Shown piece by piece: positions 16,202 through 28,877 of a stretch of DNA of 64,000 bases. The stretch is taken from NCBI GenBank assembly GCA_002706885.1, contig PAKY01000024.1:1774-65773 (forward strand), in the 5' to 3' direction. The DNA comes from Phycisphaerae bacterium. Its GTDB lineage: Bacteria > Planctomycetota > Phycisphaerae > Phycisphaerales > UBA1924. How positions within the stretch are numbered: position 1 is the stretch's first letter; every line of letters starts with the position of its first letter. A model generated the notes under the pieces. That model searched no databases, was not told where the DNA came from, and saw only the letters and a list, made by a program, of their open reading frames with translations. Both the position numbers and the translations under genes were made by a program.

Positions 16202-16863
16202 GACGACCAGCCCTCGACCGGCGCGGGCGGTCCGCCCCTCGGGCGCCGCAGATCGTCGCGGCGGTGTCGATCGCGACCAGGTCGGTAGCCGAGCCCGATG
16301 ATGAACGTCTCGACGCTCACATCGCGGCTCGCCTTGGGCTTCAGCACGCTCACGTCCGCGAAGCAGCCCTTACACCGCTTGATGAGGTCGGCCAGCGCCT
16401 CGCCGTCGAACACCTTCATCAAGATCCGTCCCCCGGGAGCGAGGAACTCATCCAGCCGATCGACGATCGTCTCACACAGCCGAACGCTCCGGAAGTGATC
16501 CCCGTGCCCGCTCGTGTTCGGAGCCATGTCGCTCAGGACCACGTCGAACCGTTCGTTCGGACCGGGCAGCAGTTCGTTGGCTCCGGTTTCGGTGAAGTCG
16601 CCGATGACGGTCCGGATCGACCGCGGCAGCCCGGGGGAAGTCGGCTTGAGATCGATCCCGACCACCAGCCCGTCCGGGCCCACACGCTCCGACGCGACCT
16701 GCAACCACGATCCGGGGGAGCAGCCGAGATCCAAGACCCAGTCGCCATCGCGGATCACGTGCCGCCGGTCGTCGAGTTCGATCAGCTTGTACGCCGAGCG
16801 GGCGAGGTAGCCCTCGCGTTTGGCCTGCTTGAAGTAGCGGTCGTGCAGTACGCGTTTCGCCAA
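16198..16863 (-). CDS. rlmE: 23S rRNA (uridine-2'-O)-methyltransferase RlmE/FtsJ
   Basis: YFKQAKREGYLARSAYKLIELDD, SAM motif VLDLGCSPGSWLQVA, VVLSDMAPNTSGH, LMKVFDGE. Confidence 0.92.
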   Translation of the reverse strand: MAKRVLHDRYFKQAKREGYLARSAYKLIELDDRRHVIRDGDWVLDLGCSPGSWLQVASERVGPDGLVVGIDLKPTSPGLPRSIRTVIGDFTETGANELLPGPNERFDVVLSDMAPNTSGHGDHFRSVRLCETIVDRLDEFLAPGGRILMKVFDGEALADLIKRCKGCFADVSVLKPKASRDVSVETFIIGLGYRPGRDRHRRDDLRRPRGGPPAPVEGWSS

Positions 16864-17114
16864 GTCTGTGCCCTCTGACGGAGCCTAGGAAGCGACGGCG
16901 CTGCTCGCTGGCCGCCGATGACGCCCCCCGACTTCGAGCGGTCCTCTTTCAGGGATCGTCTCGCGCCGCTCATCCGGATCGGGGAGGAGCTGGCCGAGAC
17001 CCGCAGCGGATCTTCCTCACGCGTCGAAGTGCGGCGGCGATCGGGTCGAAGTCGCAGCACGGTCGTGGGTTGATTCCCTCGCTGTTCCGCGACCGCTCTC
17101 AGAGGTTCTCTCGC

Positions 17115-19538
17115 ATGCGGATACAGGGCAAGCTGCTCGGCCTGATCGCGCCGCCTCTTCTGGGGCTTGTCGTCATCGCGATCTACGCCGTCGAGCAGTC
17201 GCGTCGGACCATGACCGAGCACGAGATGCAGTCCGCGGCATCGGCGAGCCGCATGCTTGCTTACGACATCGAGCGCGCCGTGGCCGGCCCGATCGAGGAG
17301 TGGCGGGCGATCTCACGGAGTTCGGCGGTCCAGGACGCGCTCCGCGCCGCGAACGAACGAGCGGCCGAGCCCGGATACGGCAAGCGTGTTCGGGAGATCG
17401 ATCTGCGCTGGAAGGACGACGGACCCTCTGACGCTCTTCGAGCCGAACTGTTCGAATCGTCGCTCGCCCACGACCTCGCGGCGCACGTCGAGTCGCGCCT
17501 CACCGAGAACGGCCTCGCTCGCTACGGTGAGGTGATCGTCACCAACGCGTATGGCGCAAGCATCGCCCAGTCTGGGATGACCAGCGACTACTACCAGGCG
17601 GACGAGACCTGGTGGACGCGTGCGGTCCGCGACGGCTTCTACGTGGGCGACCCAAAGGTCGACGAGAGCGCGGGCGTCTACTCGGTCGACCTCGTCACCC
17701 GGATCGACGACGACGCGGGTCAGCTCGCGGGTGTCGTAAAGGTCGTGCTGAGCCTCGGATCCATCATCGAGATCATCCACGATCGAAAGAACGTGCTCGG
17801 CAACGAAGCCGTGGTATCGATCGCGCTGCTCGACGCTGACGGATCGCTGATATTCGCCACCGACCCTCCCGGTCTACCGCCGAAGAGCCTCCACTTCGCC
17901 TGGTGGCTCGACGACAACACCTCGAGGTCATCCGGCGACGACAGCGAAGACGCGACCAAGCGGGGCGGCATGTTCGGATTCGCGCGGACCGCCGGGGATC
18001 ACTCGCAGACCAGATGGTCAACACTGGTGCTGTGGGACGAGCAGATCGCCTTCGCGGGAATCCGAGCCCTCCAGACCGAGATCTTGATCATCGCGGCAGG
18101 CCTCGCCGTTCTCGCGTCGGGCGTGGCGGTCTTCCTGGCGCAGAGCATGACACGACGCATCCGACGCCTCGCGAAGCACGCCGAGGCGCACAGCCGTGGC
18201 GAGCGGGGTTCCGTCGGCGTCGAGACGTCGACCGACGAGATCGGCGACCTGTCCCGATCGTTCGCCGGCATGGCAAACGCCGTCGATCTCAGCGAACGAC
18301 GCCTCCGCGACGAGCGGGCCGTGCTCGAAGCGGTTCTCTCGGCGATCCCCTTTCAGGTGTACTGGCGGAGCGCTGACCTCGTATTCACCGGCTGCAACCG
18401 TGCATTCGCCCAATGGATCGGCGTCGGCGAGCCGGATGACCTCATCGGCGAGGACATCGGCCGTCTCGTTCACCTTACAGGCGACCTCGAAGCCCTCTTC
18501 GCCGAGGACGCTCAGATCCTCGAGGAAGACGTCACGAAGATCCACGAAGAGTGCGAGATCGAGCTCGCCGACGGGTCCCACGCCACGCTCCACGTCTCCA
18601 AGCTCCCGCTCCGATACTCGGACGGCAGCATCTACGGCGTCCTCTGCGGCTTCATCGACATGACCGACCGGAAGGCGCTCGAGGACAGGCTCTACCAGTC
18701 GATGAAGCTCGAGTCGATCGGACAACTCGCCGCGGGCATCGCCCACGAGATCAACACCCCTGCCCAGTACGTCGGCGACAACACCCGGTTCCTCCAGCAG
18801 GAGTTCGCGGGCCTGACACGCGCTATCGAGACGTACCGCTCACTACTCGATACCGCCAGCGAGCCCAAGACCTGGCAGGAACGCAGCGACGAGATGCGAG
18901 CGATCCTCGACGAACTCGATATCGACTTCCTGATGGAGGAGATCCCCAACGCGATCGCGCACTCGATTGAGGGCATCGACCGCGTCGCGCACATCGTCAG
19001 CGCGATGAAGGACTTCTCGCACCCCGGCTCCGCTTCGACCGAACTCACCGACCTCAACTCCGCGATCCAGGCCACGGTGACCATCTGCAGCAACCGCTGG
19101 AAATACGTCGCAGACCTCGATCTCGCCCTCGATCCAGACCTGCCGCAGGTCAAGTGCATGCGGGGCGAGTTCAACCAGGTCGTCCTGAACCTCATCGTCA
19201 ACGCTGCCGACGCGATCGAAGAGCGGTTCGCCGGCAAGGCCGAGAAGGGGCGTATCGAGATCTCCACCAGGCTCGAAGGGGGAGAAGCGGTGATCGAGAT
19301 CGCCGACAACGGCGGCGGCATCCCGCCCTCGGCCCGCGCGAAGATCTTCGACCCGTTCTTCACCACCAAGGCCGTCGGCAAGGGAACCGGCCAAGGGCTC
19401 TCGATCAGCCGCGACGTCATCGTCAACAAGCACGGCGGATCGCTCGACTTCGAGGTCGAGCCCGATCACGGCACGACCTTCGTCATCCGACTCCCGCTCC
19501 GCGCAGCCGACCCCGACGCCGACACCATCGCCGCCTGA
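17115..19538 (+). CDS. sensor histidine kinase (periplasmic Cache-like, HAMP, PAS, HisKA, HATPase)
   Basis: Start ATG 17115 ([26 protein letters not shown]); the listed ORF starts at TTG 17070. [22 protein letters not shown]-box [17 protein letters not shown]-boxes [10 protein letters not shown] and [14 protein letters not shown]. No response regulator adjacent. Confidence 0.9.
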   Translation: MRIQGKLLGLIAPPLLGLVVIAIYAVEQSRRTMTEHEMQSAASASRMLAYDIERAVAGPIEEWRAISRSSAVQDALRAANERAAEPGYGKRVREIDLRWKDDGPSDALRAELFESSLAHDLAAHVESRLTENGLARYGEVIVTNAYGASIAQSGMTSDYYQADETWWTRAVRDGFYVGDPKVDESAGVYSVDLVTRIDDDAGQLAGVVKVVLSLGSIIEIIHDRKNVLGNEAVVSIALLDADGSLIFATDPPGLPPKSLHFAWWLDDNTSRSSGDDSEDATKRGGMFGFARTAGDHSQTRWSTLVLWDEQIAFAGIRALQTEILIIAAGLAVLASGVAVFLAQSMTRRIRRLAKHAEAHSRGERGSVGVETSTDEIGDLSRSFAGMANAVDLSERRLRDERAVLEAVLSAIPFQVYWRSADLVFTGCNRAFAQWIGVGEPDDLIGEDIGRLVHLTGDLEALFAEDAQILEEDVTKIHEECEIELADGSHATLHVSKLPLRYSDGSIYGVLCGFIDMTDRKALEDRLYQSMKLESIGQLAAGIAHEINTPAQYVGDNTRFLQQEFAGLTRAIETYRSLLDTASEPKTWQERSDEMRAILDELDIDFLMEEIPNAIAHSIEGIDRVAHIVSAMKDFSHPGSASTELTDLNSAIQATVTICSNRWKYVADLDLALDPDLPQVKCMRGEFNQVVLNLIVNAADAIEERFAGKAEKGRIEISTRLEGGEAVIEIADNGGGIPPSARAKIFDPFFTTKAVGKGTGQGLSISRDVIVNKHGGSLDFEVEPDHGTTFVIRLPLRAADPDADTIAA

Positions 19539-19546
19539 GCGTGCGG

Positions 19547-20305
19547 TCAGCTCGTCCGCCGACTCCGCAGGATCTCATCGCGCTCGACGACGCCGTCGCG
19601 CAGCCGCACAATCCGCTCGCAGCGATCCGCGACCGAATCGTCGTGGGTCACCATGATGATCGTCATGCCGTCCGCGTGGAGCTTCTCAAAGAGCTGAAGG
19701 ATCGCCTCGCCCGTGGTGCTGTCGAGGTTTCCCGTCGGCTCGTCAGCCATAAGGATGACCGGGTTCGTCACGAGCGCCCGCGCGATCGCGACACGCTGCT
19801 GCTGACCGCCCGAGAGCTCACGCGGACGGTGCCCGAGCCGGTCGCCAAGCCCGACCAGCGAGAGCGACTCGATCGACCGCTCCCGCCGTTCCGCGGGCTT
19901 GATGCCCTGGTAGAACAGCGGCGCCGCGACATTCTCCTCGACCGTCAACTGCGGGATCAGGTTGAACGCTTGGAACACGAACCCGATCCGCCGCCCCCGG
20001 AACCGGCTCAGATCCTCATCGCTCAGGTCGTTTGCCGGGGTCCCATCGAGGCGATACTCGCCCTCCGACGGCTTATCGAGGCATCCCAGGATGTTCATCA
20101 GCGTGCTCTTGCCCGAGCCCGATGAACCCATGATCGCGACGTACTCGCCACGCCGGATCGCGAGATCGAGGCCCCGAAGCGCCTCCACCATGACCGATCC
20201 GTCTGGCTTGTAATACGTCTTCCGAACCCCGCGAAGCTCAACAACGACTTCCGGACCCTCCGCGGTCGGGTTCGATGGGCTGGTGGTGGGAGCGAGCGAG
20301 GTCAT
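19547..20305 (-). CDS. ABC transporter ATP-binding protein (MacB/LolD/FtsE-like)
   Basis: Walker A GSSGSGKSTLMN, signature LSGGQQQRVAIARAL, Walker B ILMADEPTGNLD. No permease gene adjacent. Confidence 0.93.
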   Translation of the reverse strand: MTSLAPTTSPSNPTAEGPEVVVELRGVRKTYYKPDGSVMVEALRGLDLAIRRGEYVAIMGSSGSGKSTLMNILGCLDKPSEGEYRLDGTPANDLSDEDLSRFRGRRIGFVFQAFNLIPQLTVEENVAAPLFYQGIKPAERRERSIESLSLVGLGDRLGHRPRELSGGQQQRVAIARALVTNPVILMADEPTGNLDSTTGEAILQLFEKLHADGMTIIMVTHDDSVADRCERIVRLRDGVVERDEILRSRRTS

Positions 20306-20366
20306 GGTCTGTGCTGATACCGCCGAACGTCCCGCAGGCTGCGACGTATCGGACAGGGCGCCACGA

Positions 20367-20780
20367 TCAGGCGTCAGCGTCCGCGTCGTCGTACTCGGCG
20401 GGGTCCATCTCCGCCTCGCCCATGTCGCCCGGCTCCTCGATCTGAATGCTCGCGAGGGCCGTCATGGTGTCGGGGGCGAAGCGGAAGACCTTGTCGAGCC
20501 CCGTCACCATCATCACGCTCCAGACCTCGTCCGAGAGCGTGCAGAGCCGCAGACCGCGCTTCAGCTCGGTCAAGCGCTTGCTCAGGCGAAGGAGCTGGGC
20601 GATGTTCGAGCTGTTGATGTAGCTTACCGCCGAGAAATCGAGCACGAGGTGCGGCACGGGCTGCTCCTCGTCCTCCGCCGCGGCGTCGAGGCGATCGCAC
20701 AGCGTCGCAAGCTCCTCGGAGAGGCTCGGCTCGTCGCTGAGCTGCGCCAGCACAATGTTGTCCGCCCAGTCGATCGCCAT
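20367..20780 (-). CDS. STAS-domain protein (anti-sigma-factor antagonist-like)
   Basis: Start ATG 20780 (MAIDWADNIVLAQL). LVLDFSAVSYINSSNIAQLLRLSKRL..GLRLCTLSDEVWSVMMVTGLDKVF is typical SpoIIAA/RsbV-like. Confidence 0.8.
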   Translation of the reverse strand: MAIDWADNIVLAQLSDEPSLSEELATLCDRLDAAAEDEEQPVPHLVLDFSAVSYINSSNIAQLLRLSKRLTELKRGLRLCTLSDEVWSVMMVTGLDKVFRFAPDTMTALASIQIEEPGDMGEAEMDPAEYDDADADA

Positions 20781-20800
20781 AGGTGTCACAGATTAGCACA

Positions 20801-23587
<2,787 letters not shown>

Positions 23588-23683
23588 GCCTGTCTCCGCG
23601 TGTCTCTGAGCCTCGGAAGCGTCGGGAGCGCTGGGCTCCGCCCCCTCCGGCGCGTCGCGAATAGTAGGAAGCGCGACGCCTCT

Positions 23684-25669
23684 CTAACGCCGTCCGCCGC
23701 CGTTATCGAAGGCCTTCAGCGTCTCTGAAAGCGTCATCAGACCCAGCGCCGCCGCCTCGTTCGGCATCGATTGGTCCCACGGCGCCGCCCGCACCCCGTA
23801 ACGGGCCTTCGCGGGGCGACGGTACATGTACGACTCCGCCTCGCTCGCAGCGAGCTGGCCCAGAAACCGCGTCGCCATGAGCTGTTTGATGGTCAGTTCC
23901 CCGCGGCTCGGGTCGTCCCGCGGCGTGAGCGACGGATCGCCCAGCATCGAGGCCAATGCCGCAATCGGACGCAGCCCCTGACTCGTCGGCAGCGGATCCC
24001 GCCCCGTCAGCAACACGATCCCCCCGATCAGGTCCTCGTCCCGCGGATCGACGTCGTCGCTGCGAAGCTGGAACGTCAGCGCCCGATCGCGCATCTCACG
24101 CAGCGCAACCGCGGAGGGCAGGGTCTCGATCCCGCGATTCGCGGCGAGACGCTGCTCCGCCCAGAACAGAAACGGCATCTGCGAGACGAGCTTTGCGCCC
24201 CGCGACCCCTCAAACGCAGCACGCACCGCCCGCTCCGCGAAGGTCAGTTCGGCGTCGTCGTCAGCGTTGACGACCAACGCGAGCGCAAGCAGCCCTCGTG
24301 CCCCGACCGGGACGTCGTCGACAAACCCTTCCGCCGGATCGAACGCCTCCCGTGTCCGATCCACGCATCGCTCGAGGAGCGAATCGACGCTCTCTCGCCG
24401 TTCCTGCGGATCGACCAGCCCGATCGCCCAGGCCGTCGCCGCGGCGTCGATCGGCGTCTCGGCGGGGTCGTCCTCGGCCTCTTCGTCGATCTCCCCGAGC
24501 CCATCGACGATCCGCATCGCAAGCCGCTTGGCGCGGTCGCTAATCTCATCGCCGAGGTACGGCGCTTCCGATGCCATCAACAGCGCCGCCGCGACGAGCC
24601 CTTGCTCGAACGGCGGCGCAACCCGTGGATCGTGGCTGTCGAGGATCGGGTCGTAGTCGCCCCGGAGCCCGTACGGCTCGACGCCGGGCCACATCCGAGT
24701 CTCGATCTGGCTGATGATCCCGTTCGAGAGCGCCACCAACGCCGGGACGCCGCTGACGCTCGACAGCGACTCGATCGCCCCGCCTCGCGACAGGAACCTC
24801 GGCGGCCCGCCCGCCTCCCGCTGCGCGATGTGGGCCACCTCGAACTTGAACAACTCAACCGCCCGGAGCCGGAGCGTCGCGAGCGGTTCCAGCCCGGCCT
24901 TTGGATCGTCTGAGACCTGGCCCACCGACCGCGTCATCGCCTGACGGGCGCTCACCCCGTCGCGGAGCATCTGACCAGGCGTGACAGCCGAGACGAACCG
25001 CCCGAGCCGCGCGGCAAACCCCTCGTGCCCTGGATTCAGTGGGGGGGTGGGCAGGCGAAGCGGATCGGTCGGGTCGAGGATGAAGTCCGCGTCGAGCAGC
25101 GGCACAAACGCCCCGGAGACTTCGATCTCGATCGCGATCTCGTCCCGGAACGCCTGCAGCCTCGCCTCGTCAAGCGCGTCGCCGTGCCTCGGCGCGAAGC
25201 GTTCCGCTCGCTCCCACGCCTCGGCGAACGCCCGGCGCAGCGTGTCGTCCTCAGGCTTATTGGGCGTGGCGATGGCCGTTGAACTCGCCATCACCGAGCC
25301 AAGTCGCCTGAACGTGACCGACGCCACCGTCGCCGCAGGCAACTCCGCGTCATCGAGCTTCTCAACCTCCCCTGTGCGCACAGCCGCTTCGATCGCCTCG
25401 AACGCCGCGATCACCGCCGCCGGCGGCGGGGGCGCGATCAGCTCGGGTGTGGGCATCACGGGCACAGGAAGCTCGTCTTCCGGGATCTCCTGCCCCGCCC
25501 GCGCAACCGGCGCGACCGTCACCGCGATGAGGCCGAGCAACGCCGCGGTGATGCCCTGAAACAACACGCCTCGTTTGGCGCCCCCGCTAGCAGCCCGCAA
25601 ACGGCGTTTCGGGCCGGGGCGCCCGGGTTGAAGCTGTTCTGGCACAACTCGAGAACTGGAGGCGTTCAT
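23684..25669 (-). CDS. hypothetical secreted/membrane-anchored protein (661 aa)
   Basis: Start ATG 25669 (MNASS..), signal anchor GITAALLGLIAVTVAPVARAGQ, good GC3. The C-terminal half has helical-repeat character. No named motif. Confidence 0.7.
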   Translation of the reverse strand: MNASSSRVVPEQLQPGRPGPKRRLRAASGGAKRGVLFQGITAALLGLIAVTVAPVARAGQEIPEDELPVPVMPTPELIAPPPPAAVIAAFEAIEAAVRTGEVEKLDDAELPAATVASVTFRRLGSVMASSTAIATPNKPEDDTLRRAFAEAWERAERFAPRHGDALDEARLQAFRDEIAIEIEVSGAFVPLLDADFILDPTDPLRLPTPPLNPGHEGFAARLGRFVSAVTPGQMLRDGVSARQAMTRSVGQVSDDPKAGLEPLATLRLRAVELFKFEVAHIAQREAGGPPRFLSRGGAIESLSSVSGVPALVALSNGIISQIETRMWPGVEPYGLRGDYDPILDSHDPRVAPPFEQGLVAAALLMASEAPYLGDEISDRAKRLAMRIVDGLGEIDEEAEDDPAETPIDAAATAWAIGLVDPQERRESVDSLLERCVDRTREAFDPAEGFVDDVPVGARGLLALALVVNADDDAELTFAERAVRAAFEGSRGAKLVSQMPFLFWAEQRLAANRGIETLPSAVALREMRDRALTFQLRSDDVDPRDEDLIGGIVLLTGRDPLPTSQGLRPIAALASMLGDPSLTPRDDPSRGELTIKQLMATRFLGQLAASEAESYMYRRPAKARYGVRAAPWDQSMPNEAAALGLMTLSETLKAFDNGGGRR

Positions 25670-25991
25670 GTCCCACAAACCCCTGCTCGTGCTGACCGGC
25701 GTGCATCGACGCGTCGGCATCCTCTGTGTCCTCTGCTACATGGTCCTCTGCTAAGCGGAGGCGCGCCATGTTCGGGTTCACAGGTTATCGGGCCGCTCGA
25801 CGGCCCACATCGTCCGGCGCGCGCCGCGTTCGCGGGGTCCGTCGCCGTTCGCTCAGCCCCGCGAAGCCGTCCGCGCCATCGTCGCGTCGCGACCCGTCCG
25901 GACGGTCTTCGTCGACACGCGGGAACCGCTCACTGTTGAGGCGGTGACCTCGCCCGTCGTTCGTACGGGCTGATGCCGCGTCGAATACGAA

Positions 25992-26015
25992 AAGGGGGGC
26001 GTTTCCGCCCCCCTT
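25992..26015 (-). terminator. rho-independent terminator of rpsA
   Basis: AAGGGGGGCG-tttc-CGCCCCCCTT. On the minus strand the stem is followed by TTTTCG. It lies 15 nt downstream of the rpsA stop at 26030. Confidence 0.75.
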
Positions 26016-26029
26016 CGTTCAATTGACCA

Positions 26030-27793
26030 TCAGAACGAGATCTTGTCGGTGCCCATGGACCCGTGGTCGTCCATGCCGCCGCGCTTCGGCGCCTCGCCGC
26101 CACCGAAGTCGTAGCGGGAGCCCGAGTCCTGACCGCCGTCGCCCGCGCTGCCCGCGCCGCCCCACTGAGCGCGCTTGAGGCTCAGGCCGATCTTGCGGTC
26201 GTGGATGTCGACGCGAAGGATCTTCACGTCCACCTCGTCGCCGCTCTTGACCACGTCCTGCGGGTTCTCGACCTTGTGGTCGGCCAGCTCGGAGATGTGC
26301 AGCAGGCCCTCGAGGTCGTCCTCGAGCTCGACGAACACACCGAAGTTCGTGATCTTCGTGACATGACCGCGGACGACCATGCCGGGCTGGTAAGCGCCCG
26401 GGATCGCCTCGACCCACGGATCCTCGGTGAGCTGCTTCACGCCGAGGCTGATCCGCTGCTTGTCCTGGTCGACCTCGAGCACGACGCACCGGACGTTGTC
26501 GCCCTTCTGGTAGAGCTCGTTCGGGTGCGTGACCTTCTTGGTCCAGCTCATGTCCGAGATGTGGAGCAGGCCGTCGATTCCCGGCTCGATCTCGACGAAC
26601 GCGCCGTAGTTGGCCAGATTGCGGACCTCGCCCTCGATGACGGTGCCGACCGGGTACTTCTCGGTGACGAGTTCCCAGGGGTTCACCTCGGTCTGCTTCA
26701 TGCCGAGGCTGATCTCCTGCTTGTTCTTGTCGATCGAGAGGACGACGACGTCGACCTCCTGGCCCTGCTCGACCATCTCCGAAGGATGGTTGACGCGGCG
26801 CGTCCAGCTCATCTCGGAGATGTGCACCAGACCCTCGACGCCGTCCTCGAGCTTGACGAACACGCCGTAGGACATGATGTTGACCACCTCGCCCTTGACG
26901 CGGCTGCCCTCGGGGTACTTCGCCTCGATCGCCTCCCACGGGCTGTCCTCGAGCTGCTTGAGGCCGAGGGCGATCTTCTCCTTGTCCCGATCGATGTTCA
27001 GGACCTTCACCTCGACGCGCTGATCGATCCGGACCACCTCGCTCGGGTGGTTGACCCGGCCCCAGCTCATGTCCGTGATGTGCAGCAGGCCGTCGATGCC
27101 GCCCAGGTCCACGAACGCGCCGAAGTCGGCGATGTTCTTGACCGTGCCCGTGACGACGTCGCCTTCCTTGACCGTCTCCATCAGGCGACGCTTCGCCTCG
27201 TCACGCTCGTGCTCGATGAGCTTGCGACGGCTGATGACGATGTTCCGACGGTCGGTGTCGATCTTGAGGATCTCGGCGCGGATCTTCCGCCCGATGAAGT
27301 CGCCCACCTCGTGCGGGCGGCGGATGTCGACCTGGCTCGCAGGCAGGAACACGGGAACGCCGATGTCCACGAGCAGGCCGCCCTTGATCTTCCGCATCAC
27401 GGTGCCCTCGACGGGGTCACCCTCGCGGTTCGTGTCCACGATGCGCTGCCACGCGAGCTGGCGATCGGCCTTGCGCTTGGAGAGCTGGATCAGACCGCCC
27501 TCGCCCTCCATGTTCTCAAGGAGGACGTCGACGGTGTCGCCGACCTTCAGCTCCGCGATCTCGCCGAACTCTTCCTTGGGGATCAGGCCTTCGCTCTTCA
27601 GGCCGACCTCAACGACGACATCGTCGCCGCTGAAGACGATCACCCGGCCCTTGATCAGCTTGCCCGTCTGGAGGTCGGCGACCTGGTCACCGATCAGCGA
27701 CTCCATCGCCTCATCGCTCGCGCGATCGCCCAACAGGGCGTCGATGTCAGAGTCTGCGATTCCAAGCTCAGCAATCAGCGTCTCATCGATCAT
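26030..27793 (-). CDS. rpsA: 30S ribosomal protein S1
   Basis: Six S1 repeats, e.g. GTVKNIADFGAFVDLGGIDGLLHITDMSW, GEVVNIMSYGVFVKLEDGVEGLVHISEMSW, GEVRNLANYGAFVEIEPGIDGLLHISDMSW. Confidence 0.97.
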   Translation of the reverse strand: MIDETLIAELGIADSDIDALLGDRASDEAMESLIGDQVADLQTGKLIKGRVIVFSGDDVVVEVGLKSEGLIPKEEFGEIAELKVGDTVDVLLENMEGEGGLIQLSKRKADRQLAWQRIVDTNREGDPVEGTVMRKIKGGLLVDIGVPVFLPASQVDIRRPHEVGDFIGRKIRAEILKIDTDRRNIVISRRKLIEHERDEAKRRLMETVKEGDVVTGTVKNIADFGAFVDLGGIDGLLHITDMSWGRVNHPSEVVRIDQRVEVKVLNIDRDKEKIALGLKQLEDSPWEAIEAKYPEGSRVKGEVVNIMSYGVFVKLEDGVEGLVHISEMSWTRRVNHPSEMVEQGQEVDVVVLSIDKNKQEISLGMKQTEVNPWELVTEKYPVGTVIEGEVRNLANYGAFVEIEPGIDGLLHISDMSWTKKVTHPNELYQKGDNVRCVVLEVDQDKQRISLGVKQLTEDPWVEAIPGAYQPGMVVRGHVTKITNFGVFVELEDDLEGLLHISELADHKVENPQDVVKSGDEVDVKILRVDIHDRKIGLSLKRAQWGGAGSAGDGGQDSGSRYDFGGGEAPKRGGMDDHGSMGTDKISF

Positions 27794-28136
27794 CTACTCG
27801 GGTCCTTTCGTGACCACCGCTCCGCCACGCGCTCACGCAAGAGAATCGGGTCGGACACCACGCCCAGCGTTCACGCTGATCCGTGCTCGTTGCCAACCTC
27901 TGACGTGTTCGAGAAGCAAGAGAGGTTCGACCCATCGGGCCACCGATCCATCCTGCCGGTAAGGGATGGTCAGCGTCCGACGCGTCAGCGACGTTCCGGG
28001 TTGGCGCTCCACCTGCCGTCGGCCACCACCGACGCTGCGCCCGTTTCCCGGCCCCGCCGCCTGCCCCGCTCTTGGGGCGGCTCGCGACGTTGCTCTCGGC
28101 AGGGCTCTCGCGCCCTCGCCGACCGGCGGGTCAATG

Positions 28137-28511
28137 TTAGACCTTGTCGTCCCCTGACGAAAGCTCCACCAGCAACTTCGGGAGCTTGGCGTGAAACGCT
28201 CCGCGGGTCATCGTCGCCGCCCCACGACGCTCCGCCTCGGCCAGCAGGTCGGTCGAGACGTGCGGTCCCCACGCGATCGTCCGGACCCGCTCAGCGGCGC
28301 CCTCGCTCGCGAGCGCGTCCAGAAGCGACCACGCCGCCTCGGGCGCCTCAAGGTCCAGGAACAACGCCGCGACGTCCGAATCGCCCAGCCTCGCGCGGAG
28401 CATGTCCGCGTTCCTGGCAGGGCGGGCGTTGACGCCGAGCTCGTCGGCGGTCGATTTGATCTTCGTCGCCCAGATCAGATCGCTCGCGAGATACAGAATC
28501 GTGCGTCCCAT
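28137..28511 (-). CDS. hypothetical small protein (receiver-like alpha/beta pattern)
   Basis: Complete ORF with good GC3: MGRTILYLASDLIWATKIKS..VAALFLDLEAP... No conserved catalytic motif recognised. Confidence 0.6.
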   Translation of the reverse strand: MGRTILYLASDLIWATKIKSTADELGVNARPARNADMLRARLGDSDVAALFLDLEAPEAAWSLLDALASEGAAERVRTIAWGPHVSTDLLAEAERRGAATMTRGAFHAKLPKLLVELSSGDDKV

Positions 28512-28877
28512 TCAATCTCCCCGGGAAAGAGGGTGGTCGGAATTCCCGATCATTCGTATCTAATCAGTCGGGCGCCGCTTGTAAGCGCTTCCGGAGGACT
28601 GCTAGCATCTCCAAGCTGTGGCGCCACTGATCCGGGACCCGCCCGGGCAAACAGCGACGCCGACAATTCGGTATGTGCCATCGGGGCCGGGTTCCCGCGG
28701 TTTCCTGCCAACGGTTGGCGGTTTCCGCTCGACTCGGCCCGACATGCGGGCGACGATCCTTGATCGGACCCGCACGGATTCGAAGTGGAACGCCGTTCGG
28801 ACCATGACCGGCGTCCCGGGCAACCAAGCGGTCGCCGCCCAGGCGACCCCAGGCCTCCCTCGGAGGGTCTCTCGACC

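Noticed and set aside
27794-28136. Possible ncRNA, tRNA or structured leader in the 340-nt region upstream of rpsA and in 28512..28877
   Set aside because: Only short local hairpins are present (AACCTCT..AGAGGTT; CCATCC..GGATGG). There is no cloverleaf and no match to conserved SRP, 6S, tmRNA or RNase P cores that I can recall. These are probably 5' UTR and divergent promoters.
26063-28432. 789-aa ORF on the plus strand
   Set aside because: It is exactly antisense to rpsA, whose six S1 repeats are unmistakable. The product is an Arg/Ala/Asp/Leu/Val-rich string without motifs. This is a typical stop-free antisense frame in GC-rich DNA.
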